Shown: in pieces, positions 19,743 to 29,603 of the stretch | How positions within the stretch are numbered: position 1 is the stretch's first letter | Layout: each line of letters begins with the position of its first letter | Position numbers and translations under genes: made by a program | Source of the DNA: Bacillota bacterium | Lineage (GTDB): Bacteria; Bacillota; Clostridia; Lachnospirales; Lachnospiraceae | Direction: 5' to 3' | Assembly (NCBI GenBank): GCA_023421075.1 | Contig: JAEZUM010000046.1 | Span: forward strand, 16,768 to 80,767 | DNA: 64,000 bases | The notes under the pieces: generated by a model | Told to the model about the DNA's origin: nothing | Database searches by the model: none | The model's input: only the letters and a program-made list of their open reading frames with translations

Positions 19743-20711
19743 TTAATTAATACCCATGAGTGCTACCAGACAAAGAATTGCTGTAATGATCGAGAATACG
19801 GCTACAACTCTTGTCTCTGACCAGCCCATAAGCTCAAAATGATGATGGATAGGAGCCATTTTAAAGATACGCTTTCCTCCGGTTAATTTAAAATAACTTA
19901 CCTGTAGGATAACGGAAATAATTTCAACCAGATAGATAAAAGCCACCAGGATGATAAACAGGGGCATCTGAAGCATGAAAGCCGTAGCTGCCACAAAACC
20001 GCCAAGGGCAAGCGATCCTGTATCCCCCATAAACACCTTTGCCGGATAAACATTATAGACCAGGAATGCCATAAGACTTCCTGCCACGGCGCCGGTGATT
20101 GGTGATAAATCACTATGAAGTCCGATGGCTACAACGGTGAAAAAGGTTGCGATCAGCACGGTAACACTGGACTCAAGTCCATCCAACCCATCCGTAAAAT
20201 TCGATCCGTTTACGGTTCCCAATACTACAAATAAGAAAAACGGTACAAACAAAAAGGAGATGTCTGCATATTTTCCGCCGGTAAAGGGAATGAGCATCGT
20301 CGTTCCGATATCCGTATAATTTAATATATAGTAACCGAATACTGCCGTAACCAGGATTTGCCCAACAAGTTTCTGCCAGGCACGTAGTCCCATGGAACGC
20401 TTCATAACCACCTTTATATAATCATCCATAAATCCGATAATACCAAAACCAATGGTAACAAACAAAACCGGTATGATCTCATCATAATCCTTGATGTAAA
20501 TCAGGGAGGTGATTGCTATACTCAGTACAATAACGATTCCACCCATGGTCGGAGTACCGGATTTTTTCTGATGTGATTGAGGACCTTCCTCCCGAATATA
20601 CTGCCCGAATTTTAGTCTTTTCAAAAATGGTATTAAAAGCGGACACAGTATAACACAAACAACAAAGGAAATAATGACAGGTAATATTACTTTAAATTCA
20701 GAAAAATTCAT
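19743..20711 (-). CDS. mraY: phospho-N-acetylmuramoyl-pentapeptide transferase MraY
   Basis: RLKFGQYIREEGPQSHQKKSGTPTMGG motif. I place the start at the ATG at 20711 (MNFSEF...), which has GGAGG 5 nt upstream. The ORF-track start at 20771 is probably an over-extension. Confidence 0.92.
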   Translation of the reverse strand: MNFSEFKVILPVIISFVVCVILCPLLIPFLKRLKFGQYIREEGPQSHQKKSGTPTMGGIVIVLSIAITSLIYIKDYDEIIPVLFVTIGFGIIGFMDDYIKVVMKRSMGLRAWQKLVGQILVTAVFGYYILNYTDIGTTMLIPFTGGKYADISFLFVPFFLFVVLGTVNGSNFTDGLDGLESSVTVLIATFFTVVAIGLHSDLSPITGAVAGSLMAFLVYNVYPAKVFMGDTGSLALGGFVAATAFMLQMPLFIILVAFIYLVEIISVILQVSYFKLTGGKRIFKMAPIHHHFELMGWSETRVVAVFSIITAILCLVALMGIN

Positions 20712-20869
20712 AGTATCCTCCATTCCAAATGGGAGCCAGTAACTGGCATCTTTCATATGTAGATTCTTCATATTTAATGACTTAGCTATTATACTTTATC
20801 AGTTCGAAAAAAACAATAATGAACTGGCCTAATTCGTAGAGAAATTTGTACTAGTTATTGTGGTTTTCT

Positions 20870-22828
20870 TTATTTAAAATACAATATAAAGTCACTATCC
20901 TTTTCTACCGTTTCCCCACTCAGCGGGAATTGTTCTGAGACAAACTCCCCTTCTCCTATGGAATAAAGCTCACCGAAGTCATATATTTTCATCAGTTCCT
21001 TCACTTCTTTTTTCGTCTTACCCATAAAATCAGGCATCTGGAAGGAACCGATATTGAATTGCTCTTTCTCCGTCTCTGTATAGCTCTCCTCAATCCCCAG
21101 ATAAGGAAGAATATTAGAGAACAAATCTGCGATGACGGGGGCTGCTATCGTTCCTCCGTAATAGATCCCAACGGGATCTTCTATAAGTACCATCGCCATA
21201 ACCTGAGGATTATCAGCAGGTGCAAAGCCGATAAAGGAGGAAATGTATTTATTACTGCTTCTGGGAAGCTTCTCAGAGGTTGCTGTTTTTCCACCAACAC
21301 GAAAGCCGGGAAGATAAGCACGCTTACCGGTTCCGTCTGCGACAACCGCTTCCAGTAGTTCTTTCATCGTCTGGGATGTCTCAGAAGACACAGCACCGTT
21401 GACAGTATCATACTCAAGTTCCCTGATCTGTGTCCCGTCTGCGGAAACCACCTCAACCCCCAGATGCGGTGTTACAAGCGTACCGCCGTTTACGATTGCG
21501 CTGGCTGCTACCATAAGCTGCAGTGGCGTTATCTGAAAGGACTGACCAAAGGACATGGTTGCAAGCTCCACCGCCTTAATCACATCTTTTTTATGCATGA
21601 TTGAATTGGCTTCTCCCGGTAAGTCAATTCCGGTTTTATGAAATAAGCCAAGTTTTTTGAAATAATCATACATCTTATCAACACCGACTCGTGCACCGAT
21701 TTCCATAAATACCGGATTGCAGGAATTCTTAATCCCTGCTACAAAATCCTGACTTCCATGTCCACCTACCTTATGGCACCTTATAATTCGATCTTCTACC
21801 TTCTTATAACCCGGGCAGAAAAACGTATCGGACAATTTTACAACATGTTCCTCCAGTGCAGCGGTAGCGGTTATAATTTTGAAGGTTGAACCGGGTTCGT
21901 AGGTATCGCTGATACAGGCATTTCTCCACATTTTATTTAGTAGGTCATTCATTTTCTCATTGCTTAAGGTCTGACCTTCGTACTGAGATGCAATCTCCTC
22001 AATCAAGGTATAGGGATCGTTCAGATTGAATTCCGGAACATTCACCATGGCGAGTATTTCACCGTTTTGCGGATTCATCACAATGAGCTTTACATTAGAA
22101 GCCTGTTTCGCTTCCATGACCTTTAAAGCAGCTTGTTCGGCATACTGTTGAATATTCATGTCCAGGCTGATGTACAGATCATTACCGGGTTGCGGTTCAA
22201 TCCGGTCCTCCGCTGCGTTCTCAATCTCCACTCCATAAGCAGTCGTTAATGTCAGTATCTCGCCATCCGTACCCTTTAGATACTCATCATATTTTACCTC
22301 AAGTCCGATAATACCCTGATTATCGCTTCCGGTAAAACCGATTACCTTCGAGGCTAAGGAGTCATAGGGATAGTATCGCTTGTAATCTTCATCAACCATA
22401 ACTCCATCCAGATCAAATTCTCTGATCCGATCTGCGATTTCCTTGTCTACATTCGATTTAATCTTCTCTCTTGAGGATACCTTCTCTACTCGTTTTCGTA
22501 CCTTTTCCTCGCTTAGTCCGAGCTGCTCGGTAAGCACCTCTATGACACGTTCGGGATCCTTGATCTGTGCATGAATGACGGATATAGTGCATACCGGCTT
22601 ATTGGTAGCGATTTCATTTCCCTTTGCATCATAGATACTTCCACGCTCCGCCTTAATCGCACGTTCACGAAGATGAAGCTCTCTCGCTCTGGCCGCATAA
22701 TCTTCGGATTTTAATATCATTAAATACCCAAGGCGAATAAATAATGCCAGGGTTACAACTACGATTACACTTACAACAATTAATATATTTCTCCTGTTAT
22801 AGGTCCTGCTTCTAGCCATTCTAATCAT
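20870..22828 (-). CDS. spoVD: class B penicillin-binding protein with a C-terminal PASTA domain (SpoVD-like)
   Basis: 652 aa. TM anchor, a transpeptidase domain with STFK, SCN and KTAT (KTG-type) motifs, and one PASTA domain at the C-terminus. It occupies the position that spoVD has in the B. subtilis dcw cluster. Confidence 0.8.
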   Translation of the reverse strand: MIRMARSRTYNRRNILIVVSVIVVVTLALFIRLGYLMILKSEDYAARARELHLRERAIKAERGSIYDAKGNEIATNKPVCTISVIHAQIKDPERVIEVLTEQLGLSEEKVRKRVEKVSSREKIKSNVDKEIADRIREFDLDGVMVDEDYKRYYPYDSLASKVIGFTGSDNQGIIGLEVKYDEYLKGTDGEILTLTTAYGVEIENAAEDRIEPQPGNDLYISLDMNIQQYAEQAALKVMEAKQASNVKLIVMNPQNGEILAMVNVPEFNLNDPYTLIEEIASQYEGQTLSNEKMNDLLNKMWRNACISDTYEPGSTFKIITATAALEEHVVKLSDTFFCPGYKKVEDRIIRCHKVGGHGSQDFVAGIKNSCNPVFMEIGARVGVDKMYDYFKKLGLFHKTGIDLPGEANSIMHKKDVIKAVELATMSFGQSFQITPLQLMVAASAIVNGGTLVTPHLGVEVVSADGTQIRELEYDTVNGAVSSETSQTMKELLEAVVADGTGKRAYLPGFRVGGKTATSEKLPRSSNKYISSFIGFAPADNPQVMAMVLIEDPVGIYYGGTIAAPVIADLFSNILPYLGIEESYTETEKEQFNIGSFQMPDFMGKTKKEVKELMKIYDFGELYSIGEGEFVSEQFPLSGETVEKDSDFILYFK

Positions 22829-22982
22829 AACCTTAATTCTTCTATTGTTTCATTTTATTACAAACAAGTTATGATTATTCGATATTAGTAACAGTTCAGC
22901 CATACAAATTTCTGGTATGATGCAAAACCTTGCTTGTGGCTGCCCTTTACGATTCCCCTATAAACAAGTGTGATAACCTGTA

Positions 22983-25139
22983 TTATTCCAGTGCATCCGG
23001 ATTAAATTCCTCTTCCCCCGAAGCAGGTTCTGTTCCATCCTCCGGCTGACCCGTATTCTCATTCGGTAATTCCGTATTTGTTTCATCGTCGTTATTATCC
23101 TCGGGATTACCGCCGGTAATCTCTTCCTGCGTTGGAGTATCCGCCGGGTTGTTCGTCGTTTCCGATTGTGAATCCCCGGTAGGTTCCGTATTTTGTTCAT
23201 TCGTATCATTATCGTCCGCTTCGGAATCTACTGTCTGGTTTACACCCGGTGTGGTCTGATTCTGATCCGCATCCTCAGTCGTTGCATCTTGGGAGGGCAA
23301 GAGATAATCAATCTCTCCTTCCGGAAAGATTCCGAGTGCCGGGAGGAGCTCAGCCATAATTCTTCCTGCAAACTTCGTAGCAATGGAGCTGTCCGCTTGC
23401 TTTTCTACATTCTGTGGCTCATCAATCATAACATATATTACGATCTCAGGATTGATGGCAGGTACGGAGCCTAAGAAGGAAACCACATAAGTCTTGGCTT
23501 CACGGGGAAGCTTCTGTGCAGTTCCGGTCTTTCCGCCGATCGCATAGCCTTCAACCTTGGCACCACCGGCTGTACCGGCTTCTACCGTCTGATACATAGA
23601 CTTTTGAATAAACTCAGAGGTCTTCTCTGACACCGTCTGTCTTACCAACAATTTATCGTATTCCTTCACTGTGGCACCATTGTCATTTACGATTTTCTTC
23701 ATAACATGTGGCTGATAATAATTACCGCCATTTACAAGGGAGGAATAGGCCGCAGCCATTTGAAGCATTGTCACGTTAAAGGCCTGTCCAAAGCTATTGG
23801 TCGCAAGCTCGATGGGATTTAAGGCATCAAGAGCCATAGTAATACCCGTTCCTTCACCCGGGAGATCAACACCGGTTTTCTTTCCAAAACCGAAGCCGGT
23901 CTGATAACGATAGAAGATATCCCTTCCTTCCTTCGCTACGATTTGCATCAGCGCATCATTACAGGAAAACATAAGTGCTTCACTGAGCGTCAATTGTCCA
24001 TGACCTTGAACCCGGCTACACTTAATATGTACTCCGTTCACATCCTCTGCTCCGTCACAATAATAGGTATCCTCTTCCGCAAGAAGCCCTTCTTCCAATC
24101 CTGCCGCTATTGTAACCGGCTTAAAGGTTGATCCGGGCTCGAAGCTGCTGGTAATAATATCATTTTTCCACAGAGCATTGAGTGCCTCGGTCTTCTGATT
24201 CTCTGTCATTGCCGCCAATTCTCCGGCCTCAATGATACCCTCTAGATTTCTGGGATTATTCAAATCGTACTCCTGATTGGAAGCCATTGCAATGATTTCT
24301 CCATTGTTTGGGTTCATGACAAGAACTCCGATATTTTTACTTCCGATTTCCGCGTTAAACTGCTTGATATGCTCCTGTATAATTCGTTGTGCATTAATAT
24401 CAATTGAACTGACAATATTATTGCCGTTCACGGCCTTCTTCACGATTCGTTCAATATTCAGGTCCGAATCATAATAGCCGTATTCTCTTCCGTTTGTGCC
24501 ATTCAGTTCATCATTATAATATTCTTCAATTCCCCAAAAGCCTGTATTATCTGCAGAAGTAAAACCAAGCACATCACAAGCCAGGCTTGCATAAGGGTAG
24601 CTTCGAACATATTCCTCTTCAAACCATATACCGGTGATTGTGGTTTTATCCTCTTTCTTTTTTGATTTTTTAAAGTTTTCTACATATGCTTCATAGCTTT
24701 TCACCGTATCGTATTTCACATTTTTCTGTAAGATAACATATTGGCTTTTTGACTTAACCTCATCGGTCAGAATTGCCTGGATTGTTTCAGACTCAATCCC
24801 GAAGTTATCCTTCAATGCAGCTAAGGTCACCGGAATACACTCCTCATTCAGGGACAATCTCTTTGGATCCAGAATCAGCTTATACTGCAGCTCACTACGT
24901 GCCAGTACCGTGCCATTACGGTCAGTAATGGTTCCTCTTTTGTAGGGTAATATCGAGCTGACGTATGTCTCTCTGGAAAGCACCTGTTTTGCATACAGAT
25001 CTCCCTTCGTTTGCATGATATAGATCAAACGTCCCATCAAAACGACTAACAGGAGAGTAATAACACAAAATACAAGCAATAGTTTTGCTTGCATTCGTGA
25101 GTTGAATTTTTTAATTGTCTTATCCGATAACTTTTCCAT
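22983..25139 (-). CDS. class B penicillin-binding protein (PBP2B/FtsI-like) with an acidic low-complexity tail
   Basis: 718 aa. TM anchor, then STFK, SCN and KTGT motifs. The last ~105 aa are rich in D, E, T and N and have no PASTA domain. Confidence 0.85.
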   Translation of the reverse strand: MEKLSDKTIKKFNSRMQAKLLLVFCVITLLLVVLMGRLIYIMQTKGDLYAKQVLSRETYVSSILPYKRGTITDRNGTVLARSELQYKLILDPKRLSLNEECIPVTLAALKDNFGIESETIQAILTDEVKSKSQYVILQKNVKYDTVKSYEAYVENFKKSKKKEDKTTITGIWFEEEYVRSYPYASLACDVLGFTSADNTGFWGIEEYYNDELNGTNGREYGYYDSDLNIERIVKKAVNGNNIVSSIDINAQRIIQEHIKQFNAEIGSKNIGVLVMNPNNGEIIAMASNQEYDLNNPRNLEGIIEAGELAAMTENQKTEALNALWKNDIITSSFEPGSTFKPVTIAAGLEEGLLAEEDTYYCDGAEDVNGVHIKCSRVQGHGQLTLSEALMFSCNDALMQIVAKEGRDIFYRYQTGFGFGKKTGVDLPGEGTGITMALDALNPIELATNSFGQAFNVTMLQMAAAYSSLVNGGNYYQPHVMKKIVNDNGATVKEYDKLLVRQTVSEKTSEFIQKSMYQTVEAGTAGGAKVEGYAIGGKTGTAQKLPREAKTYVVSFLGSVPAINPEIVIYVMIDEPQNVEKQADSSIATKFAGRIMAELLPALGIFPEGEIDYLLPSQDATTEDADQNQTTPGVNQTVDSEADDNDTNEQNTEPTGDSQSETTNNPADTPTQEEITGGNPEDNNDDETNTELPNENTGQPEDGTEPASGEEEFNPDALE

Positions 25140-25160
25140 GGTATCTTACCTCATTGATAT

Positions 25161-25646
25161 CTATTCAGGAATATCCTCATACTGTCTTACATAATTTGAA
25201 GAGCTGCTTTTATAGGTAATTACTTCATTTTTATTTGGGTATACCATACCAAGCTCTTCAACAGCCACCTGATAAATATAATCTAGATTAAGTGCCGTGT
25301 CAATCGCTTCATAAGAGGCGTCATTCTCATTTGTTAAAACGGTCAGCTCTTTTTCGAGCTTAATAATGCTCTTGTCCATCTGACTTACTTGGTTCTGGAG
25401 CATTAAGTAATCCACACAGACATAAACAGTTGCTATGATCGCCACTGTCAGAACAATCAGGGATGCAAAATTAATACCGGAAAACGCCTTAGGCTGTCTT
25501 TGTTCCTGTCTTCTTGGTGAGGGTGCAATATACTGCTCTTCCTCTCTCCATACCTCAGGAGCCACACTTAATTTGCGAACCGTATTACCCTCCACATAGC
25601 TTGTCCCTGTATTATCATATTGATAACGTTTCTTCTTAGCCTCCAT
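25161..25646 (-). CDS. ftsL: FtsL-like cell-division protein
   Basis: 161 aa. Single TM helix followed by a coiled-coil region. Its position between rsmH and the first PBP fits. Confidence 0.6.
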   Translation of the reverse strand: MEAKKKRYQYDNTGTSYVEGNTVRKLSVAPEVWREEEQYIAPSPRRQEQRQPKAFSGINFASLIVLTVAIIATVYVCVDYLMLQNQVSQMDKSIIKLEKELTVLTNENDASYEAIDTALNLDYIYQVAVEELGMVYPNKNEVITYKSSSSNYVRQYEDIPE

Positions 25647-25696
25647 GCCAGAAACCCCTCTCTACCCGTTGTTCAAATGTTCTTGAATAAAATGTA

Positions 25697-26650
25697 TTAA
25701 TGATTATTTTCGTTCTGTTCCGCTCGTTCAAACACACGAAGCTTCGCGCTTTTTGACCTTTTATTAAACTCCAGCTCCTCCTGTGAAGGAAGGATGGGTT
25801 TTCTTGATATCACCTTACCTTGTGATACCTTGCCACACACACATACCGGAAAACTCGGCGGGCATATGCATGGATTTTCATTCGTCTTAAAACAAGACTT
25901 TACAATCCGATCCTCCAGGGAATGAAAGGTTATAATGCACAGCCTGCCTTCCGGTGTCAACAATTCAATCATGTCCTGCAATGTGTCCTTAAGTACCTCA
26001 AGCTCTCGATTAAGCTCTATTCGGATTGCTTGAAAGGTTCTCTTTGCCGGATGCCCTGTAGTTATTCTGAGCTTCATCGGTATTGCTGCTTTGATGGCTT
26101 CAATCAGCTCGAAGGTTGTCTCAATCGGCTTCTCCTGCCTCATTCGTACAATATGCTTGGCTATATTTTTCGCAAAATTATCTTCTCCATAGTCCCTTAT
26201 AATGCGGAAAAGCTCCATCTCACCATATCCATTGACTATGTCTTTTGCTGTCTTTGTATTTCTGGTATCCATTCGCATGTCCAGAGGTGCATCCTCTTTA
26301 TACGAAAAGCCTCGTTCCGGCGTATCAAGCTGATACGAGGAAACTCCCAGATCAAGAAGTATTCCGTCTACTTTTTCAATCTGAAGCTCCTGTAGTACTC
26401 GCTTAATATCACTGTAATTACTTCTTACAATGGTTACCTTATCCATGTACTCTGTTAACCGCTCTCCCGCTGCTTTAATCGCTGCTTCATCCTGGTCAAT
26501 TCCGATTAATCTTCCTGTGGTCAAGCGTTTCGCGATCTCATAGGAATGTCCTCCGCCACCCAGTGTTCCATCTACATAGATGCCCTCCGGTTTGATATTC
26601 AGGTTCTCTATACATTCTTCCAACAACACTGATTTGTGTACAAAAGCCAT
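25697..26650 (-). CDS. rsmH: 16S rRNA (cytosine1402-N4)-methyltransferase RsmH
   Basis: [18 protein letters not shown] and DLGVSS motifs. The ATG at 26650 has GGAG 6 nt upstream. The track start at 26662 is a TTG. Confidence 0.93.
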   Translation of the reverse strand: MAFVHKSVLLEECIENLNIKPEGIYVDGTLGGGGHSYEIAKRLTTGRLIGIDQDEAAIKAAGERLTEYMDKVTIVRSNYSDIKRVLQELQIEKVDGILLDLGVSSYQLDTPERGFSYKEDAPLDMRMDTRNTKTAKDIVNGYGEMELFRIIRDYGEDNFAKNIAKHIVRMRQEKPIETTFELIEAIKAAIPMKLRITTGHPAKRTFQAIRIELNRELEVLKDTLQDMIELLTPEGRLCIITFHSLEDRIVKSCFKTNENPCICPPSFPVCVCGKVSQGKVISRKPILPSQEELEFNKRSKSAKLRVFERAEQNENNH

Positions 26651-26691
26651 ATTAATCTCCAATCTGACGATACACAGCTTATTCGGTAATG

Positions 26692-27120
26692 CTAAAAGCT
26701 GATACCGTACTGCGACATATGTTCTGCGATTGCATCAACATTATCATAGGTATTATTATTCTCCCAGCGTTCCTTACTCCATATCTCAATCTTATTCAGT
26801 ACTCCTACAAATACGATGTCTTTATCTAATCCGGCACTCTCTCGAAGCTTTAGTGGTATTAGTATTCTTCCCTGTTTATCCGCTTCGCAATCAGCTGCCA
26901 TTGCAAGAAAATATCGTTGCAGCTGTCTTGCTTCCTTTGTACCGGGTAACTTACCGAGTTCATTCGCAAAGGCTTTCCAATCTTCATTTGGGTAAACGAA
27001 CAGACAACCGTCAAGACCTAAGGTGATCACAAATTTTTCTCCTAGGTCTTCTCGAAACTTCGACGGTATGATTATTCTGCCTTTGGCATCGATCGAATGA
27101 TCGAATTCACCCATGAACAT
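26692..27120 (-). CDS. mraZ: transcriptional regulator MraZ
   Basis: 142 aa with a duplicated SpoVT/AbrB-like module and two D.KGRI..P motifs. Confidence 0.93.
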   Translation of the reverse strand: MFMGEFDHSIDAKGRIIIPSKFREDLGEKFVITLGLDGCLFVYPNEDWKAFANELGKLPGTKEARQLQRYFLAMAADCEADKQGRILIPLKLRESAGLDKDIVFVGVLNKIEIWSKERWENNNTYDNVDAIAEHMSQYGISF

Positions 27121-27205
27121 ACGGTTTCACCTTCTTTTCCATCGGAGAGCCCCTTGCTGGCACATTTCCGATCGAGCTTTTGAGCTATTTTTAGGATGGC
27201 TTGTA

Positions 27206-27250
27206 CCACTTTTTTGGTTTTTCACACCACTTTCCACCACTTTGCTCCAC
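27206..27250 (-). promoter_or_regulatory. array of AAAGTGG direct repeats (candidate MraZ operator)
   Basis: The plus-strand CCACTTT heptamer occurs at 27206, 27227 and 27237, with CCACTCA at 27247. The spacings are 21, 10 and 10 nt. The array lies just downstream of the candidate mraZ promoter. Confidence 0.5.
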
Positions 27251-27260
27251 TCATGTGTTT

Positions 27261-27289
27261 ATTTTATATTAAATTAGGGAATTTATCAA
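27261..27289 (-). promoter_or_regulatory. candidate sigma-A promoter of the dcw operon
   Basis: On the minus strand, TTGATA (27289..27284) is followed by a 17-nt spacer and TAAAAT (27266..27261). It sits between the lgt terminator and the repeat array. Confidence 0.45.
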
Positions 27290-27299
27290 GCATGAATTC

Positions 27300-27347
27300 A
27301 AAAAAAATAGCTCACAAAGCCTTATGATTGTTGGCTTTATGAGCTAT
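27300..27347 (-). terminator. rho-independent terminator after lgt
   Basis: 15-bp stem ATAGCTCACAAAGCC / GGCTTTATGAGCTAT (one mismatch), followed on the minus strand by TTTTTTTT. Confidence 0.75.
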
Positions 27348-27461
27348 TTTGATATAAGATAACAATATATTGTATATATTCGAAAAATCGAACAAATTAT
27401 GTCAATATATAGACAAAAACTGCAATTTGGGAAATTGGTCCTAATCGCCTCTTTTTTGTAC

Positions 27462-28412
27462 CTATTTTCTATATTTGGTCCTTACCTTCCGTCTTTTATA
27501 AATCAGATAAACAACGGATACAACAACCAGAAGCGCGGATAACAGCTGGGATACGGCAAAAGGTGTTCCCCACAGGAAAAGCTGATCTGTCCTGAGTCCT
27601 TCCATCCAAGTACGACCGATTCCATAGCCAATCAGGTAGAGCAGCATTACTTCTCCATCAAATTTCTTGTGTTTCGTATAAACGATTAGCAGAATCAATA
27701 GGCATAGGTTCCAGAAAGATTCATAGAGAAAGGTGGGGTGCACTTGAATATACGAAGCATCGCCCAGGACAACTACCTTATCTCGAATCTCGAGAATACG
27801 CTCCAAGGCAGCTTCTTTTCCCTGATACATCTGCTCCAATTCAGATAGAGATGTTGTATTACGGAATACTCTTGAAACATCTGACACATTCAACTGCATC
27901 GCAAAAAGTCCATCGTAATACTTTCCAAAGGCTTCCCGATTGAAGAAATTTCCCCATCGACCAATTATCTGCCCGGTAACCAAGCCGATACAACCGGTGT
28001 CAGCCAAAAGCCAAAAAGGATATTTCTTTACTCTGGCAAAAACGATTGCGGTCAATACCGCTGCAATAATTCCGCCATAGATTGCCAACCCTCCGGTTCG
28101 CAGATTAAATACAGATAACGGATTGTCAGTAAATTCCTCCAAGGCAAAAACCACGTAATACAGTCTTGCTCCAATTACCGCTGCAACGATCGCGATCAAA
28201 GCAAAATCCAGATAAATCTCTGTCTTCTGGCCGGTTCTCTTAGCCATCCATTCTGCGATTAACCAGCCAAGAAGCATACCAAAACCAATGACCATTCCAT
28301 AATAAGCAATTCGATAACCGAAGATATCAAATCCGGTACCTACATTCTTCAGTTCAATACCAAGGTTTGGAAAATTAATATTCGTAGTTAAAAAGACCAT
28401 CAAATTCTTCAC
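27462..28412 (-). CDS. lgt: prolipoprotein diacylglyceryl transferase Lgt
   Basis: 316 aa polytopic membrane protein with the GRWGNFFN.E motif. Confidence 0.9.
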   Translation of the reverse strand: MKNLMVFLTTNINFPNLGIELKNVGTGFDIFGYRIAYYGMVIGFGMLLGWLIAEWMAKRTGQKTEIYLDFALIAIVAAVIGARLYYVVFALEEFTDNPLSVFNLRTGGLAIYGGIIAAVLTAIVFARVKKYPFWLLADTGCIGLVTGQIIGRWGNFFNREAFGKYYDGLFAMQLNVSDVSRVFRNTTSLSELEQMYQGKEAALERILEIRDKVVVLGDASYIQVHPTFLYESFWNLCLLILLIVYTKHKKFDGEVMLLYLIGYGIGRTWMEGLRTDQLFLWGTPFAVSQLLSALLVVVSVVYLIYKRRKVRTKYRK

Positions 28413-28424
28413 CGCTTTCCGGAA

Positions 28425-29522
28425 TTATACATTGAAACGGAATAATACGACATCTCCATCCTGAAGAACATATTCTTTCCCTTCAGAACGAACCAACCCT
28501 TTTTCCTTTGCTGCGTTATAATTACCGCATTCAATCAGATTGTGGTAGCTGACAATCTCAGCGCGGATAAAGCCTCTCTCGAAGTCGGTATGAATTTTTC
28601 CGGCAGCCTGGGGAGCCTTTGTACCGATCTTGATTGTCCAAGCTCTTGTCTCCTTCGGTCCTGCAGTCAAGAAGCTCATTAATCCTAAGATATGATAGCT
28701 TGCTCTAATTAATTTCTCCAGACCGGACTCCTTTAATCCAAGATCCTCTAAAAACATACGTTTCTCATCTTCGTCTAGTTCGGCAATCTCCTGTTCAATC
28801 TGAGCACAGATTACAAAGACTTCGGAGTTTTCCTGAGCTGCTATCTTACGTACTTTATTTACATACTCGTTATTAACACCGTCATCTGCAAGATCATCTT
28901 CCTTTACATTGGCTGCATAAATTACAGGCTTCGCCGTAAGAAGATTATAGCTGTCCAGCCATACCTGCTCCTCTTCATCCTGCGTTGCAAAGGCTTTTGC
29001 CATCTTGCCTTCCTCTAAGAACGCTTTAATACGTTCCAGAAGCTCAAGCTCCTTAGCAAGTGCTCTATCATTTTTTGCTCCTTTGTTTGTCTTAGATATT
29101 CTTCTCTCTAAAATCTCAAGATCGGAAAAGATTAATTCCAGATTAATTGTCTCGATGTCTCTCTCAGGATTAACAGATCCATCAACATGAATTACATTAG
29201 TATCTTCAAAGCAGCGAACCACATGTACAATCGCATCTACTTCTCTGATATTGGAAAGAAACTGATTACCAAGGCCTTCCCCCTTGGAAGCACCCTTTAC
29301 CAGTCCGGCGATATCCACAAATTCAATGGTAGCTGCGACAATCTTCTCTGTATGATACAAATCTCCAAGTACCTTTAATCTTTCATCCGGAACCGGAACG
29401 ATACCAACGTTCGGGTCTATGGTACAAAAAGGATAGTTCGCTGATTCTGCTCCTGCTTTTGTTAACGAGTTAAAAAGTGTGCTTTTCCCTACATTGGGCA
29501 AACCTACGATACCTAATTTCAT
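28425..29522 (-). CDS. ychF: ribosome-binding ATPase YchF
   Basis: 365 aa. GIVGLPNVGKST P-loop and a C-terminal TGS domain ending DGDV..FRFNV. Confidence 0.93.
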   Translation of the reverse strand: MKLGIVGLPNVGKSTLFNSLTKAGAESANYPFCTIDPNVGIVPVPDERLKVLGDLYHTEKIVAATIEFVDIAGLVKGASKGEGLGNQFLSNIREVDAIVHVVRCFEDTNVIHVDGSVNPERDIETINLELIFSDLEILERRISKTNKGAKNDRALAKELELLERIKAFLEEGKMAKAFATQDEEEQVWLDSYNLLTAKPVIYAANVKEDDLADDGVNNEYVNKVRKIAAQENSEVFVICAQIEQEIAELDEDEKRMFLEDLGLKESGLEKLIRASYHILGLMSFLTAGPKETRAWTIKIGTKAPQAAGKIHTDFERGFIRAEIVSYHNLIECGNYNAAKEKGLVRSEGKEYVLQDGDVVLFRFNV

Positions 29523-29603
29523 TTGTGTCTTCCTTCCTTATTTAACAATTTCAATTTATATAGCGTATAATTTATCTTTTCCTTACGGACGAAGGCTTGA
29601 GGT

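Noticed and set aside
22958-23209. 83-aa Arg-rich minus-strand ORF
   Set aside because: It is an alternative frame of the acidic low-complexity tail of the 718-aa PBP. Its composition mirrors the repeat-like DNA.
25922-26395. 157-aa plus-strand ORF (similar long antisense ORFs at 42141..42644, 41000..41419 and 38688..39044)
   Set aside because: All are antisense to well-supported housekeeping genes (rsmH, murE, priA, fmt), with no ribosome-binding sites or domain signatures.
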